Counted from the stretch's first letter, positions 18,554 to 28,452 are shown. The stretch: DNA of 64,000 nucleotides from Thermoplasmata archaeon (GCA_027315455.1 DAHUXZ010000004.1:9009-73008); one strand, 5' to 3'. The notes: generated by a model from the sequence alone, not told the origin. Translations and numbers: made by a program.

Positions 18554-19011
18554 GGCGACGCCTCCGTAAGGGCGCCCGCGAGCCGAAGGTTCGCGAGGAG
18601 GTGCGCCCGGCTGCGGAACATGCCGCCCTTCGCCCGGCGGTAGAACTCGCGGTAGACGGCGGGGGTGATCTGGGTCGCCCCGCGGAGCGTGCGGAGCAGC
18701 TCCCGCTGCGGACGGATCCGCCGCATCCAGCGGGCCTTGCGCGTCACGCGGGAGAACGGGGTGCCCCGGCGCGACCCCGGGCCCTGGTGGCGACCTTTCG
18801 CGAGCTCTTTGGCATGGCGCCGCGCGCGGACGCGGCTCGTCCCGACGATGCGGTGGCGGCGAATCACGCCGGACTTGATGGCGCTGCGGATGTCGGCCCG
18901 GGTGACGGCATCGGCGAGCTCCTCTTGGCTCGCCGGGTCGATCCAGATGCGGTTCTCCCCGCACTTCAGGATCTCGCTCGCGAGCCGGCGCTGGTTCGAC
19001 AGGTCGGGCAT
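18550..19011 (-). CDS. rpl19e: 50S ribosomal protein eL19
   Basis: MPDLSNQRRLASEILKCGENRIWIDP is a typical L19e N-terminus. ATG at 19011. Confidence 0.95.
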   Translation of the reverse strand: MPDLSNQRRLASEILKCGENRIWIDPASQEELADAVTRADIRSAIKSGVIRRHRIVGTSRVRARRHAKELAKGRHQGPGSRRGTPFSRVTRKARWMRRIRPQRELLRTLRGATQITPAVYREFYRRAKGGMFRSRAHLLANLRLAGALTEASP

Positions 19012-19592
19012 TACGACTCCTCCCGCTCCCGGACGATCGGGTTGAGGACGTGGAGCCCGAGGCGGCGGCACGCCTCCTCGAGGGCGAGGCGGCGGCGCGT
19101 CCCGACGGTCCGCGCGATGACGACGGCGTCGCGGGCGGCGTCGAGCGGCGAGATCTCCGTCTCGGTGCGGACGACGACGGGCCGGAAGCCGGTGGGGGTG
19201 AGGCCCCGCGTCAGGCGGGGCGAGCGGTAGCCGATCGAGACGATCTGAGGGCGGTAGCCGTAGTGGCGGCGCTGCTTCGACTGCAGGCCCCGGGGGCGCC
19301 GCCAGGCGCCGTCGCGGCCGATGCGCCAGTAGCGGTTCGCCGCCTGCCGGCCGAAGATCGGCCGGTGGAGGTCCGTGGTGTCCCGGACCGAAAGGAGCCG
19401 GGCGACCTCGGGGTCGAGCGTCGGGCGGCGGGGCGCCCTCTTCTCGGGGGCGGCCTTCTTCGCCTTCGGGGCCGGCGGGGCTTCGGGAGCGGCGGCGGGA
19501 GCCGCGCGGCGCCGGCCGGCGGACTTCTTCGGCGTGGCCTCGCCGACGGGCGTGGCGGCGGGCTCGGCGGCCTTCGTCTCGTCCTCCGCCAT
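19011..19592 (-). CDS. rpl32e: 50S ribosomal protein eL32 with Ala/Pro/Lys-rich N-terminal extension
   Basis: Core RQAANRYWRIG...WRRPRGLQSKQR...GYRSP, preceded by a ~60-aa low-complexity N-terminus. Confidence 0.9.
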   Translation of the reverse strand: MAEDETKAAEPAATPVGEATPKKSAGRRRAAPAAAPEAPPAPKAKKAAPEKRAPRRPTLDPEVARLLSVRDTTDLHRPIFGRQAANRYWRIGRDGAWRRPRGLQSKQRRHYGYRPQIVSIGYRSPRLTRGLTPTGFRPVVVRTETEISPLDAARDAVVIARTVGTRRRLALEEACRRLGLHVLNPIVREREES

Positions 19593-20149
19593 CAGGCCTC
19601 CTTGAGCCGGGCGCGCTCGACGATGTAGATGCCGTCCTGGAAGACCCGGGGGTCGTAGTCGCGGATGTTCGTCGTCCGCTCCACGTTCGCCGCGCTCTGG
19701 CCGACGAGCTCGACGTCGGGTCCGGTGAGGGTGACGAAGTCGCCGTCGACGCTCGCCCGCACCCCGGGAACGAGCGGGGCGATGCGGGGGTGCTTCTCGC
19801 CGAGGAAGTTCTCGATGACGAGGGTGGCGTCCTTCGCGGAGACCTTCATCGGGAAGTGGGCGGCGACGATCTTCATCCGGGCCTCGCAGCCCTTCGTCAC
19901 TCCGCCGCTGAGGTTGCGCACGTGCGCCTCCCAGGTGTGGAGGAGCGCCTTCGCGCGCTTACGGTTCGGGGGAATGGTGAGCGTCAGCGTGATCTCCGTC
20001 CCGGCCTGCACGAGCGAGATCGCGTCGGCCGGGAACGGCCGGGCGACGGTGCCGAGCGGCCCCTTGACCGAGAGCGAGCGGCCCTCGACGCGGGTCGTCA
20101 CCCCGGCGGGCACGCGCACGACGGCCTGGGTGGTCGCCTCAGTAGACAT
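19592..20149 (-). CDS. rpl6: 50S ribosomal protein uL6
   Basis: Two-domain L6 pattern and operon position. Confidence 0.95.
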   Translation of the reverse strand: MSTEATTQAVVRVPAGVTTRVEGRSLSVKGPLGTVARPFPADAISLVQAGTEITLTLTIPPNRKRAKALLHTWEAHVRNLSGGVTKGCEARMKIVAAHFPMKVSAKDATLVIENFLGEKHPRIAPLVPGVRASVDGDFVTLTGPDVELVGQSAANVERTTNIRDYDPRVFQDGIYIVERARLKEA

Positions 20150-20528
20150 AGGCGAGCAGCTTCCCCCCGATCTTGAGCTCGCGCGCCTTCGCGTGGCTCA
20201 TCACGCCGGGGTTCGTCGAGAGGACGAGGAGACCGAAGTCCTGGGCGGGCAGGTAGCGGGACTCGTAGCGCTCGAGCTCGCGCCCCCGGACCGACAGGCG
20301 CGGCTTGATGACGCCGCAGGAGTTGATCCGTCGGGCCAGCGTGACATCGTACTTCCCCCCGCGTCCCCCGGGGACGAAGGCGAAGTCCTCGATGTAGTGG
20401 TGCTCACGGAAGATGCGGAGCACCTCTCCGATGAGGCGGCTCGTCGGCGCGATCTCGAGGCGGCCCTTCCCGTCCTGGTCGGCGTGGCGGAGGGCAAGGA
20501 GCGCATCGTTGAGCAGGTCGTGACGCAT
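20139..20528 (-). CDS. rps8: 30S ribosomal protein uS8
   Basis: MRHDLLNDALLALRHADQDGKGRLEI... is typical of S8. Operon position agrees. Confidence 0.95.
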   Translation of the reverse strand: MRHDLLNDALLALRHADQDGKGRLEIAPTSRLIGEVLRIFREHHYIEDFAFVPGGRGGKYDVTLARRINSCGVIKPRLSVRGRELERYESRYLPAQDFGLLVLSTNPGVMSHAKARELKIGGKLLAYVY

Positions 20529-20540
20529 CGTGGAACCTCC

Positions 20541-20687
20541 CTACTGGTACTTGCGGAACCCGAGGTCGGTCGCGACCTCGCGGAAGCACTGGCGGCAGAT
20601 GTGGAGCCCGTAGCGGCGGACGATCCCGCGCTTGCGGTCGCACCGCAGGCAGCCGACCTTCCTTCCGAACTGCTTCTTCGGCTTCAT
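20541..20687 (-). CDS. rps14: 30S ribosomal protein uS14 (zinc-ribbon short form, 48 aa)
   Basis: [37 protein letters not shown] has the CxxC...CxxC pattern. It is embedded at the 3' end of a longer spurious tracked ORF. Confidence 0.9.
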   Translation of the reverse strand: MKPKKQFGRKVGCLRCDRKRGIVRRYGLHICRQCFREVATDLGFRKYQ

Positions 20688-20692
20688 CTCCT

Positions 20693-21235
20693 TCACTCCA
20701 GGAACGTGACCTTGAGCTGCTCGGCCAAGAAGCGGCGCGTCTCGGCGGGGGTCACCCGCTCGCGGCGGGGAAGCGGCCGCGAGGCGATGCGGCGCTCGCG
20801 GACCCGGTAGCCCGCCCGCCCCATCTCGACGCAGATGTCCATGCCGCGGACGCCGATCTCGGGGTCGTACTTCATTCCGGCGAAATCGGTGTAGTCGGCG
20901 ATCCCGAAGGAGAAGTTGCCGGCCCGGTCGATCGACACCGGGTCGAACTGCCGGTCGCGGGCGGCGAAGGCCCGGTCGAGGAAATCGAGGGCGCGGGCCC
21001 CCCTGAGGGTGACCTTCGCCCCGATCTCCTGGCCCAGCCGGATGCCGAAGTCGCGGTTGGTCGCCCGCGAGCGGGTCGCGACGGGCTTCTGGAGGGTGAT
21101 CATGTGGAGGACCTTCTCGGCCTTCGTCCGCGGCTCGCCGGATTCCCCGACGCCCGCGTTGACGACGACCTTGAGGACCCGGACGGCCCGCCACCGGTTC
21201 GCGGCGGGCGGCGCAGCGGGGGCGGTCTCGCTCAT
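20693..21235 (-). CDS. rpl5: 50S ribosomal protein uL5
   Basis: L5 core ([11 protein letters not shown]..., [11 protein letters not shown]) and operon position. Confidence 0.95.
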   Translation of the reverse strand: MSETAPAAPPAANRWRAVRVLKVVVNAGVGESGEPRTKAEKVLHMITLQKPVATRSRATNRDFGIRLGQEIGAKVTLRGARALDFLDRAFAARDRQFDPVSIDRAGNFSFGIADYTDFAGMKYDPEIGVRGMDICVEMGRAGYRVRERRIASRPLPRRERVTPAETRRFLAEQLKVTFLE

Positions 21236-21948
21236 CGCGCGAGGCCCTCCGGCAGCGTGATCTGCGGCGCGGCCTCTCCGATGACGAAGACGTACTCCTT
21301 CACCGTCGAGAAGCCTTCCTTGAAGTGGACCCGGTTCGGCTGGGGGGAGTTGAGGATCTCGATGCGGTCGACGCGCGCGACCTCCCCCACGTGGGAGCCC
21401 CCCGCGACGTAGGCGAGCTGGCCCGCGGCGAGCGGGAGATGGGCGAGCACGGCCTGCTCCGGGAGCTGGATCTTGAGCGAATCGCCGACCTTGTACGGGG
21501 TCGACGCCGGGACGAGGAGGTTCCGGCCGTCATGGAGGGTCACTTCGACGCGCCCCCCGCGGACGGCGTGCTTGAAGCGGACGCGGGCGATCTTGGTGCC
21601 GGCCTCCGTCGACGGGATCGGCACGAGGATGAGCTTGCCCCGCCGGTCCTTGAGGAGGCGGAAATGCTCGTCGAGCGGGGCGCCGAAGGAGACGGTGTCC
21701 ATGATCCCGACGCCGCGCTCGAGGTCGTGGACGACCTTCCGGTCGATCTGGAGGGCGCCCGAGTTCGCGAGCATCCGCGCCTCGCGGCCGGTCGCGGCGA
21801 GGTGCCGGAGGTCCCGGACGACGAGCAGGAGCGGGATCGACTCGGCCTGGGCGTGCGGCCCCGGGGCCGGGCGCTTGATCCATTTCGTCCCCTTGCGGGG
21901 GACGGTCCACGCCTTCGGGGCGGCGCGGCGCTTGAGGCGGAACGTCAT
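21232..21948 (-). CDS. rps4e: 30S ribosomal protein eS4
   Basis: [32 protein letters not shown] start with S4/KOW-containing architecture. The ATG at 21948 overlaps the uL24 stop (ATGA). Confidence 0.95.
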   Translation of the reverse strand: MTFRLKRRAAPKAWTVPRKGTKWIKRPAPGPHAQAESIPLLLVVRDLRHLAATGREARMLANSGALQIDRKVVHDLERGVGIMDTVSFGAPLDEHFRLLKDRRGKLILVPIPSTEAGTKIARVRFKHAVRGGRVEVTLHDGRNLLVPASTPYKVGDSLKIQLPEQAVLAHLPLAAGQLAYVAGGSHVGEVARVDRIEILNSPQPNRVHFKEGFSTVKEYVFVIGEAAPQITLPEGLAR

Positions 21949-22394
21949 GGCGCGTCCTCCTTCGTCCCGGCGCGCGACGGTGCCTCGACGGTCGGCGCCG
22001 CGGTAGGTTCGGCCGCCGCCTCGGTCCCCTCCGCCTCGGCGACCCGGAGGATGCGCCGGCGCCACGGGTCGGAGAGGTTGAGCTTCGTGAGGAGCAGGTG
22101 CGCCGGCTTGAGGTTGAGCGGCTTGAGCTTCGCGTCGGCGGTCTTGCCGGTGACGTTGTCGAGGGTCACGGAGTAGGAGCGCAGGATGACCTTCGCGACC
22201 CGCTCCTCGCGGCCCTTGTAGCTGCCCGTGAGGATGCGGACGGTGTCGCCCTTGCGGACGGTGAGCTGCCGGCGGCCGTAGCGGCGGCGCAGCTCGCGGG
22301 AGAGCGGCACCGCCATGCGGCGGTGGCGCTCGAAGAGGTCGGCCGTGTAGAGCGCCTTCCGCTGGCGCCGCGGGAGATGGGAGGTGGTCGACAT
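21945..22394 (-). CDS. rpl24: 50S ribosomal protein uL24
   Basis: KOW block VRKGDTVRILTGSYKGREERV, with a low-complexity C-terminal tail. Confidence 0.95.
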   Translation of the reverse strand: MSTTSHLPRRQRKALYTADLFERHRRMAVPLSRELRRRYGRRQLTVRKGDTVRILTGSYKGREERVAKVILRSYSVTLDNVTGKTADAKLKPLNLKPAHLLLTKLNLSDPWRRRILRVAEAEGTEAAAEPTAAPTVEAPSRAGTKEDAP

Positions 22395-22407
22395 CGTCGT
22401 TGCCCTC

Positions 22408-22806
22408 CTACAGAATGATGGACGAGGCCGCCGCGATCCGCGGCCATCGCTCGGCCGCCTCCTTCGCGACCGGTCCCTTGATCTGCGAGCCCTTGATCTC
22501 GCCGGTCTCCGTCGTGATGACGGCGGCGTTGTCCTCGAACTGCAGCCGCGTCCCGTCGGCGCGGCGGATCGGCGCCCGGGAGCGCACGATCACGGCGTGG
22601 ACGACCTGGCGCCGCATCTCGGGAGTGCCCTTCTTGACCGAGACGATGATCAGGTCGGCGATCCCCGCCCGCGGGTAGCGGCGGTGGGTGCCGTGCCAGT
22701 TGCGGACGGCGATGATCTCGACCACCTTCGCACCGGTGTTGTCGACGCAGTCGAGGCGGGCTCCCTTCGGGAGGCCACGGCCGCGCCGGCCGGCCAGGCC
22801 CTTCAT
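22408..22806 (-). CDS. rpl14: 50S ribosomal protein uL14
   Basis: [17 protein letters not shown]... is typical of L14. ATG at 22806. Confidence 0.95.
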   Translation of the reverse strand: MKGLAGRRGRGLPKGARLDCVDNTGAKVVEIIAVRNWHGTHRRYPRAGIADLIIVSVKKGTPEMRRQVVHAVIVRSRAPIRRADGTRLQFEDNAAVITTETGEIKGSQIKGPVAKEAAERWPRIAAASSIIL

Positions 22807-23231
22807 GGCCCCGCCTCCTCGGCGGGGGCGGGCGTCGGGGCGACCTCGGTCTCCTCGCCCCGGATCTTGCGGCGCGCCTCGCCGAGGTCCTGGACGATGC
22901 AGAAGCTCACGGTCTTCGACAGCGGGCGGGTCTCCGCGATGCGGACACGGTGCCCGATCGGCACGTGCAGGCACGGGGGGCTGTGCGCCAGGTACCGGCG
23001 CCGCCGCTTCTCGTAGCGTTCGTACTTCGAGACGAAATTGAGCAGGGTGCGCTCGACGACCGCGGTGCGCTGCATCGAGATCGAGACGACGGTCCCCTCG
23101 AGGATCTGGCCCCGCACCGACAGGTGGCCGTGGAAGGGGCAGTGCCGGTCGTCGCATCCCTCCTTCGGCGCGCGGACGTCGAGGCCGATGTCCCGGCCCC
23201 GGGGGGCCCGAGGCGCGCGAACGGGGGTCAT
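22803..23231 (-). CDS. rps17: 30S ribosomal protein uS17
   Basis: [25 protein letters not shown] archaeal S17 signature. Confidence 0.95.
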   Translation of the reverse strand: MTPVRAPRAPRGRDIGLDVRAPKEGCDDRHCPFHGHLSVRGQILEGTVVSISMQRTAVVERTLLNFVSKYERYEKRRRRYLAHSPPCLHVPIGHRVRIAETRPLSKTVSFCIVQDLGEARRKIRGEETEVAPTPAPAEEAGP

Positions 23232-23542
23232 GGTAAGCTCCTTCGACCGCGACCGAGAAGGCGCTTCGTGCGGTCTTCGGGACGCACGCGAAGGGTGTCG
23301 CCATTTAAGGGTATCTCTCGGCCACCGAGGAGGATCGTCCCCTGCGCGCCGGTCTTCGAAATCCGGACGACGCGTTCGCTCCCAACGGGCCGGACCAGGA
23401 ACGTGTTAAGCGTCTCATCGACGATCGTCCCCTCGAGGGGGACCGTCGCGACGCCCGGGTGGCGCGTGAGGGAGAGCGCCGCCCCGATGATCTCCCCGGC
23501 GAGCGCCACCGTGGACTCCGGAGCCGGTCCGTCGCGCGACAC
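23228..23542 (-). CDS. rnp1: RNase P protein component 1 (Rpp29/Pop4)
   Basis: Sm-like core [35 protein letters not shown] at the conserved slot between uL29 and uS17. The start is the GTG at 23542, preceded by GGAGGC. Start position is uncertain. Confidence 0.75.
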   Translation of the reverse strand: MSRDGPAPESTVALAGEIIGAALSLTRHPGVATVPLEGTIVDETLNTFLVRPVGSERVVRISKTGAQGTILLGGREIPLNGDTLRVRPEDRTKRLLGRGRRSLP

Positions 23543-23553
23543 TTGCCTGCCTC

Positions 23554-23787
23554 CTACGCCGCGGGCGCCGACGGGGTCGGCGTCGCGCCGCGCTCGCGCT
23601 CGGACAGTACGGTCAGGGCGCGCGCGACGTTCGTCCGGAGCGCGCGCATGCGACCGGGGCTCGGCGGGGCGCCGCCCATCGCGGCGATCCCGCGCTCCCG
23701 CAGAAGGTCGTTCTCGATCTCGGCGATGCGGCGGCGCAGCTCGTCCTCGGCGAGCGCGCGGAGGTCCTTCATCCGCAGCAGCGTCAT
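23554..23787 (-). CDS. rpl29: 50S ribosomal protein uL29
   Basis: LRALAEDELRRRIAEIENDLLRER pattern, and operon position. Confidence 0.9.
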   Translation of the reverse strand: MTLLRMKDLRALAEDELRRRIAEIENDLLRERGIAAMGGAPPSPGRMRALRTNVARALTVLSERERGATPTPSAPAA

Positions 23788-24473
23788 TGCGCCGGTCCCT
23801 CCGGTGCGGCGACCTCGGCCGCCGGGGCGGCCCCCACCTCGACGGCGGGGACCTCCACGGGCGGGGCGGGGTGCTCGACGGCGCCGCGGACGCGGATCTC
23901 GTCCGGCAGCTTCGCCGTCGGGGCCATGATCCAGACATTGACCCCGATGACACCGGGCTTGAGCCGCGCCTGGTAGAAGCCCTTGTCCATGTGCAGGCGC
24001 ACCGCGTCACCGCAGTACTTGATCGTGCCGGCCTTGAACCGCTCGGTCCGGTGGCGCTCGCCGGTGAGCTTTCCCGAGAGGATCACCTGGCAGCCCCGGG
24101 CCCCGGCCTCCATGATGCGGCGGACCGTCGAATGGCCCGCGCGTCGGAAGTGCCAGCCGCGCTCGAGGGTCGCGGCGAGCTTCTCCGCCATCAGCTGGGC
24201 ATTGAGCGACGGCTGGCGCTCCTCCTGCACCTCGATCTGGGGATTGTCGAGCGCGAAGCGGTTCGCGATGTCCTGGGTGAGCTGCTTGATGAGCTCGCCG
24301 CGGCGGCCGATGAGAATGCCGGGGCGCTCGCAGATGAGCGTGACGCGGGTGCCCATCGGGGTCCGCTGGATGTCGAGCCCGCCGAAGCCGGCCCGGGCGC
24401 TCTCGTGGACGAGGAAGTCCTTGAGGAGGACCCGGCGGGTCGCCTCCTGGATGACCTTGCGCTCGCTCGCCAT
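23784..24473 (-). CDS. rps3: 30S ribosomal protein uS3
   Basis: KH domain and S3 C-terminal domain (GLDIQRTPMGTRVTLICERPGILIGRRG). Confidence 0.95.
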   Translation of the reverse strand: MASERKVIQEATRRVLLKDFLVHESARAGFGGLDIQRTPMGTRVTLICERPGILIGRRGELIKQLTQDIANRFALDNPQIEVQEERQPSLNAQLMAEKLAATLERGWHFRRAGHSTVRRIMEAGARGCQVILSGKLTGERHRTERFKAGTIKYCGDAVRLHMDKGFYQARLKPGVIGVNVWIMAPTAKLPDEIRVRGAVEHPAPPVEVPAVEVGAAPAAEVAAPEGPAQ

Positions 24474-24476
24474 CGC

Positions 24477-24932
24477 CTACGCCTCCCCCCGCTCCGCGAG
24501 GACGATCTCGACGTTCGTGGTCTGCTCGTTCCAGGCCGTCGCGCGGCCGTGGGCACGGGGCATGCTCGCCTTCTGGATGCGGCCCCGCCCGCTCGCGGCG
24601 ACGCGGACGACGAGCTCGTCGGTGTCGAGCCCCTCGTACTCGGCGTTCGCCTCGGCGTTCTTGAGGACCTCGAGGACCTGCGCGGCGACCTTGCGCGGAA
24701 AGCGGCCCGGCCCCGTACGGGGCTTGTGGGCGGTCTCCTGGTTGTAGCGGCGGAACGGGACGGGACGCTCGAGCGCGACGACCTCCTCGAGGAAGATCCG
24801 CGCCCGGTCGAGCGGCAGGCCCCGGATCGCGTTCAGCACCTCGTAGGTCTTCTTCGGCGAGATGGGCAGCTCGATGCCCCGCGCGCGGGCCACCGTGACC
24901 CCCGACGCTTCCGTGTACGTGTACCCGCGCAT
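24477..24932 (-). CDS. rpl22: 50S ribosomal protein uL22
   Basis: Typical archaeal L22 sequence and operon position. Confidence 0.95.
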   Translation of the reverse strand: MRGYTYTEASGVTVARARGIELPISPKKTYEVLNAIRGLPLDRARIFLEEVVALERPVPFRRYNQETAHKPRTGPGRFPRKVAAQVLEVLKNAEANAEYEGLDTDELVVRVAASGRGRIQKASMPRAHGRATAWNEQTTNVEIVLAERGEA

Positions 24933-24945
24933 CGCACCGTCCTCC

Positions 24946-25371
24946 CTACTTCAGCGGCATGAACTTCGACGACCGCGTCGCGCCGACCCCGGGTCCGGAG
25001 TGCTTCTCGAAGCGCCGCGTGAGGGCGAACTCCCCGTAGTAGTGCCCGATCATCTCGGGGCGCACCTCGAACTCCTTGAACTCCTTGCCCGTGTACACCG
25101 AGACCCGGTGCCCGACGTGGTCGGGGAGGACCAGGGCGTCCCGGACGTGGGTGCGCAGCGCCTTCTCCCGGGGGAACTCGCGGATCTTCTCGAGGAAGCG
25201 GCGCTGCTCGTCGGTGAAGCCCCGCCGGATCGATCGGCGCGCGCGGGCGGTCAGGACCTTCGACAGCTCCTCGAGGCTCATCCCCTGCAGCTCGGGCAGC
25301 GTGCGCCCGTGGAGCGTGAACTCTCGCTTGCGGCGGACCTCGACCTTCTTCGCGCGACGCGCCTTCGCCAT
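24946..25371 (-). CDS. rps19: 30S ribosomal protein uS19
   Basis: GHRVSVYTGKEFKEFEVRPEMIGHYYGEF signature. Confidence 0.95.
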   Translation of the reverse strand: MAKARRAKKVEVRRKREFTLHGRTLPELQGMSLEELSKVLTARARRSIRRGFTDEQRRFLEKIREFPREKALRTHVRDALVLPDHVGHRVSVYTGKEFKEFEVRPEMIGHYYGEFALTRRFEKHSGPGVGATRSSKFMPLK

Positions 25372-25374
25372 GGC

Positions 25375-26100
25375 CTAGAGCCCCCCGCGCTTGCCGCGGC
25401 GTCGGCGCCGCTGGGATCGGGAGAACCGTCCGACCTTGGCCCCCGGCCACGTCCCCGACGACACGGTGCTCGGGCGGCCCACGTGCTGGTGGGCGCCGCC
25501 ACCGTGGGGGTGGTTGACGGGGTTCATCGCGACGCCGCGCACGGTGAACGGCGCGCGCGCGAGGGAGCGGTAGGCGAGGACCTTCTTGCCGGCCTTGATG
25601 ATCGGGCGCTCGGCCCGGCCGCCCCCGGCGACCGCGCCGACCTGGGCGCGGCACGTGGCGAGGACGACCTTGAAGACGCCCGACGGGAGCTGGAGGGTCA
25701 CCTCGCGACCGGAATGCGCGACGACGAGGGCGTTCGTTCCCGCGGCCCGGACGAGCCGGCCGCCGTCGAACGGGTTGACCTCGATGTTCGAGACGAGCGT
25801 CCCGTCCGGGATCTCCGCGAGCGGCAGGATCCCGCCGCGAACGACCGGGCCGGCGTTGAGGCTGATGCGGTCGCCCGTCGCGAGGCCGGCCGAGGCGATG
25901 ACCCGGACGTTGCCGCCCTGGGGATCGGTGACGTCGGCGACCGGCGCCGAGCGGCCGGGGGCCTGCGCGATCGCGACCACGACGCCCTCTCCCTGGACGG
26001 AGGGGGACGGCAGGTAGACGGCGCCGTGATGGCGGTGGCTCGGCGAGCGGTAGGGCCCGGTGCCGGCCCCGCGTCGCCGGGAGATGATGCGCTTCCCCAT
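25375..26100 (-). CDS. rpl2: 50S ribosomal protein uL2
   Basis: VRGVAMNPVNHPHGGG signature. Confidence 0.97.
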   Translation of the reverse strand: MGKRIISRRRGAGTGPYRSPSHRHHGAVYLPSPSVQGEGVVVAIAQAPGRSAPVADVTDPQGGNVRVIASAGLATGDRISLNAGPVVRGGILPLAEIPDGTLVSNIEVNPFDGGRLVRAAGTNALVVAHSGREVTLQLPSGVFKVVLATCRAQVGAVAGGGRAERPIIKAGKKVLAYRSLARAPFTVRGVAMNPVNHPHGGGAHQHVGRPSTVSSGTWPGAKVGRFSRSQRRRRRGKRGGL

Positions 26101-26363
26101 CAGAACACTCCCGCCCGGCTCCCGATGTCCTCAGCGGAGAACGGGGGCGCGAACTTCACGGTCGCGATCTTGCCGGTCCGTACGATCTTCACCGTGACCT
26201 TCGCGACCTTGCACTGGTAGACCTCCTCGACGGCCCGGCGGATCTCGGCGCGGTTGGCGCGCCGGTCGACGACGAACTCGAGCTTGTTCTGCCGCTCCAT
26301 CTCGTCCATCGACTTCTCCGTGACGTAGGCGTGCAGGAGGATGCGGTGGCGCAGGTTGGTCAT
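26100..26363 (-). CDS. rpl23: 50S ribosomal protein uL23
   Basis: 87-aa L23 sequence (LHAYVTEKSMDEMERQNKLEFVVDRRANRAEI). ATG at 26363 overlaps the uL4 stop. Confidence 0.93.
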   Translation of the reverse strand: MTNLRHRILLHAYVTEKSMDEMERQNKLEFVVDRRANRAEIRRAVEEVYQCKVAKVTVKIVRTGKIATVKFAPPFSAEDIGSRAGVF

Positions 26364-27193
26364 GCCGCACCTCCGGTCCCGCGCTCCCCGAGCGCGGCGA
26401 GGGCGGCCTGCGAGTAGAGGGTGAGGCGGCCCGCATCGCCCCCGGGGGCGAGGTCCTCGGCCCCGAGGCGGTGGACCCAGACGACATCGACGCCGGGAAA
26501 GTTGCGGAAGCCCCGGGCCTTTCCGGGGGCGCTCGTGACGAGGAGAAGGCTCCGCGGCTCGCGGCGGGGCCGCCCGCGGCGCCGGCCCCGGCCGGCCCGA
26601 AGGTGGACGCCGTCGCCGGCGCGTTCGACGTCGGCCCAGAGCTTGAGCCGGGTCAGAAGGTCGCGCGCCTGCGCGCTCGTCAGGATCTCCTCGACCTTCG
26701 CGTCGAGGACGACCGGGAAGTGGAGGTCGTCGGGGACCCGATGGCCCCGCGCCCGGACGAGCCGCCCCTCGCGGGTCGCCGCGAGGGCGCTCGCGAAGGC
26801 GAGGCGGCGCTCCTTGGTGTTGATCTTCTTCGTCCAGATCGTGTCGACGCGCGGAGGATGCGCCGGGCGCCCGCCCACGGTGTTCGGGGCCTGGGCGCCG
26901 GTCATGGAGTTCATCAGTCGGGGCGTTCGGGAGACCCCCTTCCCCTTCCCCGACCACTCGACGGAGTGGCGAAGGCCCGCCGTCAGGCTCGTCCCGTGCG
27001 GCTGCCGCCGGGCGGCCTGGGCGGAGACCACGGCCCGCCGGATGAGGTCGGGCCGTAGGGGGGCCGAGAAAGCGAGCGGGAGGCTCACGAGGTCGCCCGG
27101 GCTCCCCTGAAGGCTCAGGAGGTGGACGCGGTGATGCGGCGCGTGGTGCTCCGTGGGGGCCGGCTCGGCCCCCGTCTTCCTCGTGGCGCTCAT
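26360..27193 (-). CDS. rpl4: 50S ribosomal protein uL4
   Basis: L4 core (GKGKGVSRTPRL...GGRPAHPP). ATG at 27193 overlaps the uL3 stop (ATGA). Confidence 0.93.
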   Translation of the reverse strand: MSATRKTGAEPAPTEHHAPHHRVHLLSLQGSPGDLVSLPLAFSAPLRPDLIRRAVVSAQAARRQPHGTSLTAGLRHSVEWSGKGKGVSRTPRLMNSMTGAQAPNTVGGRPAHPPRVDTIWTKKINTKERRLAFASALAATREGRLVRARGHRVPDDLHFPVVLDAKVEEILTSAQARDLLTRLKLWADVERAGDGVHLRAGRGRRRGRPRREPRSLLLVTSAPGKARGFRNFPGVDVVWVHRLGAEDLAPGGDAGRLTLYSQAALAALGERGTGGAA

Positions 27194-28191
27194 GCTCCCT
27201 GCTTCGAGCGCGTGCTCAGATAGCGGATGTCGACCTTCTCGACGGCCGCCACATGGCCCCGCATGGGGGCGCGGAAGCGGAGCAGCCGCTTCGACGGGCC
27301 CGGGAGCGAACCGTGGAGGACGACGCACGCCGACCGTACCTCGCCGTAGTGGGGGAACCCTCCGGCCGGGGTCACGTTGTCGGTCCGGGGGTCCTTGACG
27401 ATCTTGAGGACGCGGAGGTTGTACTGGGTCCGGCGATGGTAGCCCATCTGGCCGGCCTGGGGGATGCGGTAGGAGACGAAGCTCGGATTGTGGGGACCGA
27501 GCGTGCCGATCATCCGGCGGTGCTTGGAGTTCTTCCGCGGCTGGAGCTTGACCCCCCAGCGCTGGATGTGGCCCTGGAACCCCTTGCCCTTGGTCACGCC
27601 GATGACGTCCAGGAACTCCCCTTCCTTGGTGAGCTGCTCGACGGGGGCCTCGCTGCCGATCTTCGCGAGCGCGAACTGCCGCCGCTCCTCGAACTTCTCG
27701 CCCGAGACCCGGACCTCGAACAGCTGCGGGCTCTTCGCCCCGACGCCGCTGACGAGCTGGGGCTGGGTATGGACGATCAGGCGCACCTCGTCCGCGGGCA
27801 CGGAGGTGAAGGCCTCTCGGGCCGCGTCCGGGCTCGCCGGGTGCGGCGGGATCCGCCGCGCGAGCTCCTCGGCGGGCTTGTCGGCCCAGACCTCGGCGAC
27901 GACGCGCGCGCCGTAGGGGTCGCGGCGATAGAGCCGCGCGCCGACGATGCGCAGCGGAGGGACCTCGACGACCGTCACGGGGACGGAGACCTCCTGACCC
28001 GCCGTCGTCGAGCGCTTGCGGTAATCGACGATGAAGGCGTGGGTCATGCCGACCTTGAAGCCGGCGAACCCCTCGATGGCCGGGGCCTTCGGACCCGCCG
28101 GCCAGGCGCGGATGCGGGGCACCGGTCGGGCGGAGCGGGAACGCGGGGAGAAGCCGAGGGAGCCTCGGCGGGGACGGTGACGTCGGGCCAT
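27190..28191 (-). CDS. rpl3: 50S ribosomal protein uL3
   Basis: MARRHRPRRGSLGFSPR... archaeal L3. First gene of the cluster. Confidence 0.97.
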   Translation of the reverse strand: MARRHRPRRGSLGFSPRSRSARPVPRIRAWPAGPKAPAIEGFAGFKVGMTHAFIVDYRKRSTTAGQEVSVPVTVVEVPPLRIVGARLYRRDPYGARVVAEVWADKPAEELARRIPPHPASPDAAREAFTSVPADEVRLIVHTQPQLVSGVGAKSPQLFEVRVSGEKFEERRQFALAKIGSEAPVEQLTKEGEFLDVIGVTKGKGFQGHIQRWGVKLQPRKNSKHRRMIGTLGPHNPSFVSYRIPQAGQMGYHRRTQYNLRVLKIVKDPRTDNVTPAGGFPHYGEVRSACVVLHGSLPGPSKRLLRFRAPMRGHVAAVEKVDIRYLSTRSKQGA

Positions 28192-28242
28192 GGGTCGATG
28201 GGGAGTGCTGCCTCCAGTGGGGGGGCCGGAGAAACGTGCTCT

Positions 28243-28249
28243 ATATAAC
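28243..28249 (-). promoter_or_regulatory. TATA box (TTATATA on the minus strand) of the r-protein supraoperon
   Basis: AT island 52-58 nt upstream of the uL3 ATG (28191). Confidence 0.5.
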
Positions 28250-28274
28250 GCTACGGACGAACACGGGCCGTCCT

Positions 28275-28301
28275 CCTCGAGAATTCACGTTTTTCTCGAG
28301 G
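28275..28301. promoter_or_regulatory. Perfect 9-bp inverted repeat CCTCGAGAA-N9-TTCTCGAGG upstream of the r-protein promoter
   Basis: Read directly from the sequence. AT-enriched palindrome with a T5 run, in the 286-bp divergent intergenic region. Confidence 0.4.
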
Positions 28302-28446
28302 GAGCGCGGGCACGGCCGGGCCCGCGGTCCCGAACGCGCGCGTAGAGGCGCCCCGCCCGGAGCGTCCTCCGCCCAACGCGCCCGGGCCGTCCCACGGGGG
28401 CGGTCGTCTCGCCGCCGCGGCATTGGCGCGCGCCGCGTCGAAGGTG

Positions 28447-28452
28447 TATATA
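28447..28452 (+). promoter_or_regulatory. TATA box (TATATA) for the DUF2203 gene
   Basis: 26-31 nt upstream of the ATG at 28478, which is leaderless-type spacing. Confidence 0.5.

Noticed and set aside
22411-22422. AATGATGGA in the uL24/uL14 junction, considered as a C box of a C/D sRNA.
   Set aside because: No matching D box (CTGA), C'/D' boxes or terminal stem lies at a suitable distance. The motif lies within the uL14 3'-terminal codons.
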